Shown in pieces: positions 1 to 8,927 of a DNA stretch of 34,894 nucleotides. The stretch comes from an uncultured Chloroflexota bacterium (GTDB lineage Bacteria > Chloroflexota > Anaerolineae > Aggregatilineales > Phototrophicaceae), in contig CAIRDJ010000059.1 of NCBI GenBank assembly GCA_903877335.1, positions 1 through 34,894 on the forward strand, given 5' to 3'. The position numbers were made by a program, and so were the translations under genes. Below the pieces are notes generated by a model, which saw nothing but the letters and a program-made list of their open reading frames with translations, was not told where the DNA came from and ran no database searches. How positions within the stretch are numbered: position 1 is the stretch's first letter; the number at the start of each line of letters is the position of its first letter.

Positions 1-1
1 C

Positions 2-1660
2 TTGGAGAAGTTCACACGCCTAACAGGGCGGATGCCCGTTCCGCCACGCTGGTCATTGGGTTATCTTGGCTCCACGATGGCTTATACCGATATGGAAGAT
101 GCGCAGGCGCAACTACTGGGCTTCGTTGAAAAATGCCAAACCCACCGTATTCGTTGCTCTGGCTTTCATCTGTCCAGTGGCTACACCACTGACCCAGATA
201 CACACAAGCGGTATGTGTTCAATTGGAATCCCAAGCGCATCCCTGACATCGAGGGAATGGTTGATGCTTTCCATTCGGCAGGCATCAAACTGCTTGCCAA
301 CGTGAAACCCTATATCCTCCAGACGCATCCCCATTATGCAAATTTAAAGGAACATGGCGCGTTGGTGTTGCAAGCGGAAGCTGACCAACCCGCGAGCATG
401 TCGCTTTGGAGCGGTTCGGCAACGGACCGTGAAGATGGGGCACACCTTGATTTCACCCATCCGCATGCTTACACATGGTGGAAGCAACAAGCTACCGAGC
501 AACTGCTAGAATATGGGATTGATACGTTATGGAATGACAACAACGAATATGGCTTGTGGGATGATTTTGCGCGGTGCATGGGACATGGCGAGCCGATCAA
601 CTTGGGGCAGATTCGCCCATTGTTAACCATGTTGATGGTTCGCGCATCGTATGAAGCACAGGTTGCCCATCAAGCCCACATGCGCCCATTTGTGTTGACG
701 CGCTCCGCAACGGTAGGGATGCAACGCTACGCCCAAACATGGTCAGGGGACAACCGCACATCGTGGGAAAGCCTACGCTACAATATTCCGATGGGCTTGG
801 GGATGGGGTTGAGCGGCATGCCCAACGTAGGTCACGATGTTGGTGGGTTTTATGGCGAAGCACCAACACCTGAACTGTTGGTGCGGTGGGTTCAAAATGG
901 GATTTTCCACCCACGTTTCACGATTCATTCATGGAATAGTGGGGAGGTTGGCGCAACTGAACCCTGGATGTATCCTGAAGTGTTACCCCTCATTCGAGAG
1001 GCGATTGATTTACGTTACCAATTGATTCCATATTTGTACGCCTTGATTTGGGAGGCGAGCGAACGGGGTTGCCCAATCATCCGCCCCATGGTGTATGAAT
1101 TCCCAACAGACCCGAATTGCACCACTGAATCCTTTGACTTTATGCTTGGCTCACACTTGTTAATTCCGTCAGTTGTGGAGGAAGGGGCGGTGACGCGCTC
1201 GGTTTATCTGCCATCTGGCAATCAGTGGTATGATCCTGCGCAGAACCAATGGTTCGATGGCGGACAAACCATCACATTGGATGCTCCCCTAGAACGCATC
1301 CCCATGCTATATCGTGGGAACGCGATCATTGCTTATGCGCCCACTGATGAAACTCGGTTGATTCGTTTCTACCCCGCTCCACACTCTGCCACACATAGCT
1401 TTACCTGTATTGAGGATGATGGCGAAACCCTTGCTTATGCACAGGGAACGCTAACGCGCCTTACGTTTGAGTTGCAGACAACGCCCGATCACATTCAAAT
1501 TACCCTACACAAGGTGGGGGAATATGAGTTGCCTTATCGCTCTATGGAGTTAGAGATTATTGCGGGGGAGGATCGACCGATTGTGTTAGAGGGTGATTTC
1601 TCGCATGAGGAGCGAGTTGAATCCGACACCGTTAAGCATCGGATTCGTATCAGTTGGTAG
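2..1660 (+). CDS. Glycoside hydrolase family 31 alpha-glucosidase/alpha-xylosidase-like; 5' end truncated by the window edge
   Basis: ORF runs off the window start. 'LWNDNNEYGLW' matches the GH31 catalytic-nucleophile motif (W-x-D-M-N-E type) and 'DFTHP' the GH31 'DFTNP' region. Sits beside a sugar ABC importer. Stop at 1658-1660. Confidence 0.75.
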   Translation: MEKFTRLTGRMPVPPRWSLGYLGSTMAYTDMEDAQAQLLGFVEKCQTHRIRCSGFHLSSGYTTDPDTHKRYVFNWNPKRIPDIEGMVDAFHSAGIKLLANVKPYILQTHPHYANLKEHGALVLQAEADQPASMSLWSGSATDREDGAHLDFTHPHAYTWWKQQATEQLLEYGIDTLWNDNNEYGLWDDFARCMGHGEPINLGQIRPLLTMLMVRASYEAQVAHQAHMRPFVLTRSATVGMQRYAQTWSGDNRTSWESLRYNIPMGLGMGLSGMPNVGHDVGGFYGEAPTPELLVRWVQNGIFHPRFTIHSWNSGEVGATEPWMYPEVLPLIREAIDLRYQLIPYLYALIWEASERGCPIIRPMVYEFPTDPNCTTESFDFMLGSHLLIPSVVEEGAVTRSVYLPSGNQWYDPAQNQWFDGGQTITLDAPLERIPMLYRGNAIIAYAPTDETRLIRFYPAPHSATHSFTCIEDDGETLAYAQGTLTRLTFELQTTPDHIQITLHKVGEYELPYRSMELEIIAGEDRPIVLEGDFSHEERVESDTVKHRIRISW

Positions 1661-1667
1661 TCAATAC

Positions 1668-2720
1668 CTACTTCATGCCGGTGGTAGCAATCCCTGTGGT
1701 GATGAATCGCTGTAAGAACGCGAATACCACCGTGATGGGCAACAACGTCAACACGGTCATGGCGAGAATGAAATGCCACTGAATGTTGAGTTCACCCTGA
1801 AAAGCATTCAATCCGACTTGCAGGGTGAATAACTCTTGTTTGCTCAAAACAATGAGGGGCCACAAGAAGTCATTCCAACGCCACATCACCGAGAAGATGG
1901 TTAACACTGCCAACGCGGGGCGTGCCAACGGGAGGATGATTTGCCAATAGATGCGCCATTCACTAGAGCCGTCAATTCGCGCCGAATCAATCAATTCATC
2001 AGGGATCGTCAGCATGTATTGGCGCAACAAGAAGACACCGGTGGGGGTGGCAGCTCCTGGAATGATAACACCCCATAGCGTGTTGTTCATGTTTAGGTTG
2101 GTGATGACCAAATAAACCGGCACAAGAATAACGGAGATAGGGATCATCAAGGTGGAGATTATCACCACAAAGATGAAGTTACGCCCCCTAAATTGATATT
2201 TACTGAGCGCAAAAGCCGCCATGCTGTTGATGATGAGCGTCAGGATGGTGGCTAAAACCGTGACCAAAACACTGTTGCGTAAGTAAGTTACGAAGTCAAA
2301 CATGCGTAGCGGTTGGGTATAGTTGTTCCAAGCGAAGGTGAGTTCATTGATCTCCGTGCGCTGATTGATGTTCACTTTGATGATCTCACTTGGATGCTGT
2401 AGGTCTACCATTTGCGCTTCAATACCCACCCGTCGCACTTGTGCCATCTCTACTTGCGTGCCATCTTCCAACGTCACCTGAAACAGCGGTAAGGGATCAT
2501 CATACCCTTCAACCACTACCGAACGCTGTGAGAAGGGCAGGAAGGTGGGGGGGAATTTGGAGAGTGCTGCCTCTGTTTTGAAAGAGGACATCACCAACCA
2601 CAGAACGGGACCGAACATCAAGCATGTCCCAAAGATTAAATAGGCGTAGGTTAGCACGTCGGTTATGTCAACCCGCTCGCTAAACCGTCTGCGTGTTAGG
2701 AATTGTGTGATGGTTGTCAT
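1668..2720 (-). CDS. Carbohydrate ABC transporter permease (MalG/UgpE-like) with a large extracytoplasmic insertion
   Basis: Six predicted TM segments. EAA-loop-like 'DELIDSARIDGSSEWRIYWQIILPLARPAL'. Immediately downstream (4-nt gap) of the MalF-like permease on the same strand. Confidence 0.8.
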   Translation of the reverse strand: MTTITQFLTRRRFSERVDITDVLTYAYLIFGTCLMFGPVLWLVMSSFKTEAALSKFPPTFLPFSQRSVVVEGYDDPLPLFQVTLEDGTQVEMAQVRRVGIEAQMVDLQHPSEIIKVNINQRTEINELTFAWNNYTQPLRMFDFVTYLRNSVLVTVLATILTLIINSMAAFALSKYQFRGRNFIFVVIISTLMIPISVILVPVYLVITNLNMNNTLWGVIIPGAATPTGVFLLRQYMLTIPDELIDSARIDGSSEWRIYWQIILPLARPALAVLTIFSVMWRWNDFLWPLIVLSKQELFTLQVGLNAFQGELNIQWHFILAMTVLTLLPITVVFAFLQRFITTGIATTGMK

Positions 2721-2723
2721 GGC

Positions 2724-3776
2724 TTAAGCTGCCTCCGAACGTTGACCTAACCAAAGTTGGAACATGGTGAATGCGAACAGAATGACCCCCAACACCACCG
2801 ATGCGGCGGCGGCTAAACCGAAGAAGCGTGCTTGGTTAGAGAAAGCTGTTCGGTAAATGTATTGCACCATGTAATGGGTTGCTGTGCCGGGCCCGCCCCC
2901 TGTCAAAACGAAAACTTGGTCAAACACTTGTACCGCTCTAATCAGCGACAAGACCAACACCACAAACATAGTCGGCATCAGCAAAGGTAGGGTGATCTTT
3001 CGGAAGGAGTCTAGCTTGCCCGCCCCATCCATTTGACCTGCCTCATACAATTCAGACGGAATAGATTGTAAGCCCGCCAAAAGGATGAGGGTATAGAAAC
3101 CCATTTGCGCCCATGTGCTGATGAAGATCACCCAAAAGCTCATCCAATCTGAATTCGTGGTGAATTCAATGGCTTCTATCCCGAAGGCGATCAAAACCGC
3201 GTTCAGCACCCCACGACGTTGCAATATCCACTTCCAGATTAAACCCACGACGACGGGCGAAAGCAAAACGGGATAGAAGAACACACTTCTAAAAAAGCCA
3301 CGTAATATGATCTTTTGGTTCAATGCCAATGCTGTGATGAGGGAAATGATGACGGTGGCAACTACCTGATAAATCACAAAGCCGAAGGTATTGTAGAACG
3401 AACGCCAGAATAAATCTTCTTGACAGGTGTTAGGATTCAGATAATCCGCACAGTCTAACAATACTTTAAAGTTATCTAGCCCAACAAAAGGACGATCATT
3501 CAAAAAAATATTCGTTCCCCCGGTGAAGGCGTAGTAGAAATTCAACAACATCGGGAACAACACGAATGTTCCGAAGATCAACAGATTGGGCAAGACAAAA
3601 ACATACCCCATCCGATCTACCCCAATCCAACCTTGAATGCGATCCAACACTAGACCGATGGCGTTCAGAAAAAGTTTCGTAAGCCATATGAATGGGAAGC
3701 CAAGCCAAGTGGAAAGATGCTCGAATGGGTTCATTCGATCAACTCGGAGTTGCCCAGATGATCCTATTTGAGACAT
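2724..3776 (-). CDS. Carbohydrate ABC transporter permease (MalF/UgpA-like)
   Basis: Polytopic membrane protein. EAA motif 'LYEAGQMDGAGKLDSFRKITLPLLMPT'. SD-like 'GAAAGAGGAG' upstream of the ATG at 3776 (minus strand). Confidence 0.8.
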   Translation of the reverse strand: MSQIGSSGQLRVDRMNPFEHLSTWLGFPFIWLTKLFLNAIGLVLDRIQGWIGVDRMGYVFVLPNLLIFGTFVLFPMLLNFYYAFTGGTNIFLNDRPFVGLDNFKVLLDCADYLNPNTCQEDLFWRSFYNTFGFVIYQVVATVIISLITALALNQKIILRGFFRSVFFYPVLLSPVVVGLIWKWILQRRGVLNAVLIAFGIEAIEFTTNSDWMSFWVIFISTWAQMGFYTLILLAGLQSIPSELYEAGQMDGAGKLDSFRKITLPLLMPTMFVVLVLSLIRAVQVFDQVFVLTGGGPGTATHYMVQYIYRTAFSNQARFFGLAAAASVVLGVILFAFTMFQLWLGQRSEAA

Positions 3777-3864
3777 AAAACTCCTCTTTCGGAAATAGCA
3801 AAAAGAAGCTACTGATTGGAACCAGTAGCTTCTTCCTGTTTAGCTAAATGGGGGAGAAAATGGC

Positions 3865-5145
3865 TTATTGACCAGCTGCAGCAATAGCGGCATCGAGGTC
3901 AGCTTGTACGAATGCAATCGCTTCATCCAAGGTGATTTCACCAACGATAACTTGTTCAAGGCGGTTGGGGGTTTCACGCCAAATCACGCTGTTGAATGGG
4001 TAGCCTTGCAAAGCAATCGCGGTATCTGCCAAAGCACCGACTTGCGCGGTGAAGGTTTCGATCGCAGCTTTTGCAGCAGCATTGTCGGTTTGGAAGTCTA
4101 CACCAGCGGCAGCAACACCAGAGTGTGCCGGGATGAAGAGGGTGCGTGCAGAGAATTCTGAGTACACTTCTTCACTAGCGAGGTAGTTCATCACACGGGC
4201 AACTTGTTCGGGGTATTCCGTATCTGCGATACCAGCGAGTGCAGCACCACCAGGGAGACCGGTACAAGCAGCAGGACCGCAAGGATTGGGTACGACGACC
4301 CAGTCAAACGCATCAGCAACGCGAGTGACCATGTTGTTCACTTGCCAGCTACCGCTCATGTACATCACCAATTCGCCGTTGACGAATTGATCAATTGCTG
4401 CAGCGTAGGTGCCTTGTGTGCCCACCCAAATTTCGCGCGGGGTGATTTCTGCGGCGTGCCAACCCAAAACCATCTCAGCAGCAGCACGGTATCCAGCGTC
4501 ATCAACAAGGTTAACATGACCAGTTTCTTCGTTGAAGAAGGTTCCGCCCAAGCTAACAGCGGGACCTGCCATGCGATGACCAGAGCGGTCAATAGCAACA
4601 GCGTAGGGGGTGCCGGTTGCTTCTGCAACAGCGGTGGTTGCAGCAACCCAATCATCCCAAGTTGCGCCTTCACCAGGAAGTTCAACGCCTGCTTGTTCAA
4701 ACAAGGTCTTGTTGACATAAGGACCGGTGATGGTCAATTGGGTCATCATCCCATAGATGCCGTCGCCGTCATCGGTGGATGGGCGCGTCCATGCGAGGGT
4801 AGCACCGAAGGCATTGTTCCAGTATTCGGCATCAACATAAGGGGAGATGTCCAAGAAGTATTTAGACAAACCACCCAAGTTGGTGATGCGTGCCATGTCG
4901 GGACCTTCGCCCGCCTCAAGTTGCAAGGGGAGGTTATCGAGGATAACTTGGTAAGCAACAGTGTCAACCACTACTTTAATATCGGGGTTTTCTGCTTCAA
5001 AACGATCCAACAAATCACGGAGAACATCGCCTTCTACACCATCGTTGTACCAAGCGATACGAAGTTCAACTGCATCTTGTGCAGCCAACGGAGCAACCAT
5101 GACCAAAACAGCAAGGATGCTCAACAAAACAAACATCTTACGCAT
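3865..5145 (-). CDS. Extracellular solute-binding protein (family 1, sugar-binding) of an ABC importer
   Basis: N-terminal signal peptide 'MRKMFVLLSILAVLVMVAPLAAQDA'. Size and composition typical of family-1 sugar SBPs. First gene of the minus-strand SBP-permease-permease operon. 'GGAGG' sits 8 nt upstream of the start. Confidence 0.75.
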   Translation of the reverse strand: MRKMFVLLSILAVLVMVAPLAAQDAVELRIAWYNDGVEGDVLRDLLDRFEAENPDIKVVVDTVAYQVILDNLPLQLEAGEGPDMARITNLGGLSKYFLDISPYVDAEYWNNAFGATLAWTRPSTDDGDGIYGMMTQLTITGPYVNKTLFEQAGVELPGEGATWDDWVAATTAVAEATGTPYAVAIDRSGHRMAGPAVSLGGTFFNEETGHVNLVDDAGYRAAAEMVLGWHAAEITPREIWVGTQGTYAAAIDQFVNGELVMYMSGSWQVNNMVTRVADAFDWVVVPNPCGPAACTGLPGGAALAGIADTEYPEQVARVMNYLASEEVYSEFSARTLFIPAHSGVAAAGVDFQTDNAAAKAAIETFTAQVGALADTAIALQGYPFNSVIWRETPNRLEQVIVGEITLDEAIAFVQADLDAAIAAAGQ

Positions 5146-5319
5146 GTAAGAACCTCCAAATTATAGGGCTAATTGGGCAAGTAAAGCGAAAACTCGCTCC
5201 TAACATTGTACTGATTTAATGGGCAATTTTCCACAAAATCTAACCTATATTACTATAACTTTTTGCCTACGGATAGGTATAAAATTTGCTCATCCCAACC
5301 AATGAATGAAGGTAGTGTC

Positions 5320-6270
5320 ATGCTAGAACCTGTGTTTGATCCGCTGACGTTTCGCACAACGGCATTAAATTTATTGGGCGAACACCCCCCACAATTCACC
5401 CCAATCCCGACTAACCAACATGCCTTGCAACAAAATGGCTACCAACTTCGACGCTTTGAATTCGACAATCACGAGGGGGCAATGGTCTTTGGCTACTTGC
5501 TCGTTCCAGACGGGATTAAGTTTCCTGCTCCTGCTGTTTTGTATCATCACTATCATGGGGGGCAATATCATCTAGGGAAGGACGAGATCTTCCTTCCGCG
5601 CGTCGGCGGACAAAGCTCCGCCAGTGCCCTCACCCAAGCAGGCTTCATTGTGTGTGTAATTGATGCTTATGGCTTCGGGCAACGCCTCCATCAAGGCACA
5701 TTCAACATTCCTCAAATTGGCTTGAATGGGGAGGTCAACCTGTTCAAGCACTTCTTATGGCAAGGGAAGAATCTTTTTGGGCGGATGCTATATGATGACT
5801 GGTTGGCGTTTCAGTATCTCGTAAGCCTTCCAGAAGTGGATGCGTCGCGCGTTGGCGTGACGGGCATGAGTTTAGGTGGAACGCGCGCAACGTGGCTTTC
5901 CGCGTTAGAAGAACGGATTGCCTGCGTCGTTCCGATTGCACAGATGACGCGCTACCGAGACTTTGCCCAAAGCAAGCGTTATGATGCCCACAGCGTTTAT
6001 TACTATTTGCCCAACGCCTTAAATAGTGGAATGGATATGGAGCATTTGGTCGCCCTCAGTGCCCCACGTCCACAACTCATCCTCATTGGGACGGACGATC
6101 CCCTTTCACCCATTGAAGGGGTGCGCACCATTCGGCATTATGCTGAAAAAGTGTATGCTGATGCCAATCAGTCAGACCGCTTTAAGGTGGTGGAGTACGC
6201 TGGGTTGGGGCATGTTTACACTGGCGAGATGCTTGAGACAATGGTTGAATGGTTGAAGGTGTGGCTATAG
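5320..6270 (+). CDS. Alpha/beta-fold hydrolase (acetyl-xylan-esterase / dienelactone-hydrolase / S9-like)
   Basis: Nucleophile elbow 'GMSLGG' (G-x-S-x-G) and 'HGGQY' oxyanion-region motif. Start is ambiguous: ATG at 5320 has the SD-like 'GAAGGTAG' 6 nt upstream, and an in-frame ATG at 5263 is also possible. Confidence 0.6.
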   Translation: MLEPVFDPLTFRTTALNLLGEHPPQFTPIPTNQHALQQNGYQLRRFEFDNHEGAMVFGYLLVPDGIKFPAPAVLYHHYHGGQYHLGKDEIFLPRVGGQSSASALTQAGFIVCVIDAYGFGQRLHQGTFNIPQIGLNGEVNLFKHFLWQGKNLFGRMLYDDWLAFQYLVSLPEVDASRVGVTGMSLGGTRATWLSALEERIACVVPIAQMTRYRDFAQSKRYDAHSVYYYLPNALNSGMDMEHLVALSAPRPQLILIGTDDPLSPIEGVRTIRHYAEKVYADANQSDRFKVVEYAGLGHVYTGEMLETMVEWLKVWL

Positions 6271-6271
6271 C

Positions 6272-7660
6272 ATGACAGCACCACAACTAAACGATGAAGG
6301 AAGAACACCCATGTTTGAAACACAATCCTTAGCATTATTGAAGTCTGCTTTACGTCGCTTAGAGGAAGGTTCACCGACGCTTCCAAGTTTTCAAGCGTCG
6401 GTTGATTTACAGGCTTTAGAGGAAATACTCCATCAAGTTGCAGACCGCATGACGGACAACTATCCCTATGCCCATCCCTATTACGCTGGGCAAATGCTAA
6501 AGCCACCCCACGCGGTGGCGCGTCTGGCGTATACGCTTGCTCTTTGGATCAATCCTAACAACCATGCCTTGGATGGCGGGCGGGCAAGTTCCAAGATGGA
6601 ACGAGAAGCGGTGCATGCCATAGCCAATATGTTCGGATGGCAAAGCTATTTAGGGCATTTGACCAGTGGCGGAACAATGGCGAATTTGGAGGCGTTATGG
6701 GTGGCGGGGCAATTGCACCCCAACAAGAAAGTGATCGCCTCGGCACAATCGCACTACACCCATCAACGCATTTCAGGGGTGCTTCAACTACCGTATCAAA
6801 GTGTGCCCGTTGACGTAGCGGGGCGCATGGATATGCAAGCCTTGCAACGTATCCTACAGCAGGAGCAAGATGGGGTTGCTGTGGTAGTTGCTACGCTTGG
6901 AACAACGGCCATTGGCTCAGTTGACCCGCTCCCCCAGATTTTGGATTTGCAGGCACAATACGGTTTTAGGGTGCATGTGGATGCCGCTTATGGGGGCTAT
7001 TTCGCGCTTGCCGAGGGACTGAGTGAAACGACCCGTCTGGCGTTTGATGCCATTGCACAGGCAGATAGTGTGGTGATTGATCCACACAAACACGGCTTAC
7101 AACCATATGGGTGCGGATGTGTTCTCTTCAAGGATGCCACTGTTGGGCAATTGTACAAGCACGATTCTCCTTATACCTACTTCACATCGGATGAGTTGCA
7201 TCTCGGCGAAATTAGCTTGGAGTGTTCGCGTGCTGGGGCATCTGCTGTTGCGCTTTGGGCAACACAACAATTGCTCCCTATGGTGAAGGGGGGGCAATTT
7301 GCCCAAGACTTAAGCACGTCTTTACGAGCAGCTCGAACACTGCATCAGAAACTACAACTTGATGGGCGGTTCGTGCTGCCGCTTCTTCCTGAACTGGATA
7401 TTGTCGTCTGGGGCATCCGCGCCGAACGCACCAGTGAAATGAATCAACACGCCCAACGCTTTTTTGATGAAGCGGCGCAACAACACTTACACCTTGCTTT
7501 AACCCGCTTGTCATCCGACTATTTTCGAGGCATTGATGGCGTAGAAATTGATACCGATCAAGTGGTTTGTCTGCGTTCCTGTTTAATGAAAGCCGAACAT
7601 CTCGACTGGCTTGATGAGATCGTTAACATTATCATTACGGTTGCAAATAAACTGTTGTAA
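6272..7660 (+). CDS. Pyridoxal-phosphate-dependent decarboxylase, group II (glutamate/tyrosine/DABA decarboxylase family)
   Basis: 'LTSGGTMANLEALWVA' and the PLP-lysine motif 'DPHKHG' (S/D-x-H-K). Its ATG overlaps or abuts the upstream gene's stop ('TAGCATG'), implying translational coupling with the hydrolase. Confidence 0.8.
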   Translation: MTAPQLNDEGRTPMFETQSLALLKSALRRLEEGSPTLPSFQASVDLQALEEILHQVADRMTDNYPYAHPYYAGQMLKPPHAVARLAYTLALWINPNNHALDGGRASSKMEREAVHAIANMFGWQSYLGHLTSGGTMANLEALWVAGQLHPNKKVIASAQSHYTHQRISGVLQLPYQSVPVDVAGRMDMQALQRILQQEQDGVAVVVATLGTTAIGSVDPLPQILDLQAQYGFRVHVDAAYGGYFALAEGLSETTRLAFDAIAQADSVVIDPHKHGLQPYGCGCVLFKDATVGQLYKHDSPYTYFTSDELHLGEISLECSRAGASAVALWATQQLLPMVKGGQFAQDLSTSLRAARTLHQKLQLDGRFVLPLLPELDIVVWGIRAERTSEMNQHAQRFFDEAAQQHLHLALTRLSSDYFRGIDGVEIDTDQVVCLRSCLMKAEHLDWLDEIVNIIITVANKLL

Positions 7661-7693
7661 TGTCATCCCACACTAGGGATGGATGGAGTCTTT

Positions 7694-8812
7694 ATGAAGC
7701 GTCTGTCAACATGGTCTAGTATCTTTCTGCTTTTGCTTCTAGTTGGATTCACCCATGTTGATGTTCATTCTCATTCGGCTTCCGCTTCTGTGGCTCATCT
7801 ACAAACAACACCAGCGATTTTAGGGGGAACGGCTTCACAATCAGATCGCACTAATTTACCTGTGGCGACCGTGACCAGCTTTATCCCCCTTGCTGTCGCT
7901 ACCGAGGTCAGCTCCCCCGCGACGATGGACAGCATGAGCGTAACCCTTACAAGCGAGATCGGTCAAACTCAAGCTACCTATCAAACGCAGCGTAATAACC
8001 CCTTGAACGATTTACTGCTCAACCTGGTCAATCCTGCAGACCTGGCTCTAATTCCGAAGGATGAACTCAAGCAGGCAATTGAACGGTTCAATGCGCAGCA
8101 GTTAACGGATGTTACGGTTAGTTTAGATTTAGTCGCGCCAATGCGCTCAGGTGGGATGCCCTCGCCTGTTCCCCCAATGGAGACGCCAGCGTTGCAAGGG
8201 GAGGTGGCGGATCCCACTCCTGTTCCACAATTGGCAACCAGCGCGCCTGTACTTGACTCGGTTATTTTGAGCGATCTAACAGCAGATGACCTTGCACCGC
8301 TTGACCCGCTTGTGTGGGCTACCATCCTTAAGAATCGATTATTTGAGGATGTGTTGGTAATTGTGTCTGGTTTACCGTTCGATGCGCAAACTGCCATCTT
8401 ACTCAAAATCAATGCTGACTTCGTATCCGATCTACCCACACCCTCCCCACAACCAAGTCCGACTCGTGCCCCAACCAACACGCCTGTGCCGACAGCAATT
8501 CCGTTGCCCACGACGACCTTCACTCCAACTGCGATCATTCCCCCTAGTGCCACTTTTACCGTGACCGACAGACCCCTACCTACCAATACCAAAGTGCCTA
8601 CCGTGTTCATACCCACTGCGACATTTACCCTAACTGCTCGTCCGTTACCCACAAGCACGGTCCGACCTACGCAAGTGGTGCTCACGCCCACCTATACAGT
8701 TTCACCCCCATTTCAACCAAGCCGGACCTTCACCCCATCTCCAATTCCACCCCCGACCGCAACACGCACCCCAACACTGGTCCCAACGCCGTCTCCCACG
8801 CGCTCGTCCTAA
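7694..8812 (+). CDS. Secreted Pro/Thr-rich repeat protein (hypothetical)
   Basis: Sec-type signal peptide 'MKRLSTWSSIFLLLLLVGFTHVDVHSHSASA'. SD-like 'GGATGGAG' upstream of the ATG at 7694 (an in-frame ATG at 7679 is also possible). C-terminal third is low-complexity P/T-rich with tandem units such as 'ATFTVTDRPLPTNTKVPT' / 'ATFTLTARPLPTSTVRPT'. Confidence 0.55.
   Translation: MKRLSTWSSIFLLLLLVGFTHVDVHSHSASASVAHLQTTPAILGGTASQSDRTNLPVATVTSFIPLAVATEVSSPATMDSMSVTLTSEIGQTQATYQTQRNNPLNDLLLNLVNPADLALIPKDELKQAIERFNAQQLTDVTVSLDLVAPMRSGGMPSPVPPMETPALQGEVADPTPVPQLATSAPVLDSVILSDLTADDLAPLDPLVWATILKNRLFEDVLVIVSGLPFDAQTAILLKINADFVSDLPTPSPQPSPTRAPTNTPVPTAIPLPTTTFTPTAIIPPSATFTVTDRPLPTNTKVPTVFIPTATFTLTARPLPTSTVRPTQVVLTPTYTVSPPFQPSRTFTPSPIPPPTATRTPTLVPTPSPTRSS
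8440..8810 (+). repeat. Coding Pro/Thr-rich low-complexity tandem region inside the secreted protein gene
   Basis: Repeated 'PT..P' tracts and two roughly 18-aa near-identical units visible in the translation. Confidence 0.5.
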
Positions 8813-8927
8813 TTTCCTTCGGATGGGTTGAATCTTGGTGAATAGGGAGAGTTGTCACAATCATTCATTGAAAAAAGCACCATTGCATTCTATTCTTTAA
8901 CACGGAAGCTACAAAAAATGGTTTAGG

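Noticed and set aside
4204-5166. 320-aa ORF on the + strand
   Set aside because: It lies entirely antisense to the well-supported SBP gene (3865-5145, -). The translation is Cys/Ser-rich with no motifs. It is a shadow ORF.
7981-8691. 236-aa minus-strand ORF (Gly/Val-rich)
   Set aside because: Antisense to the Pro/Thr-rich secreted protein gene. A low-complexity shadow ORF.
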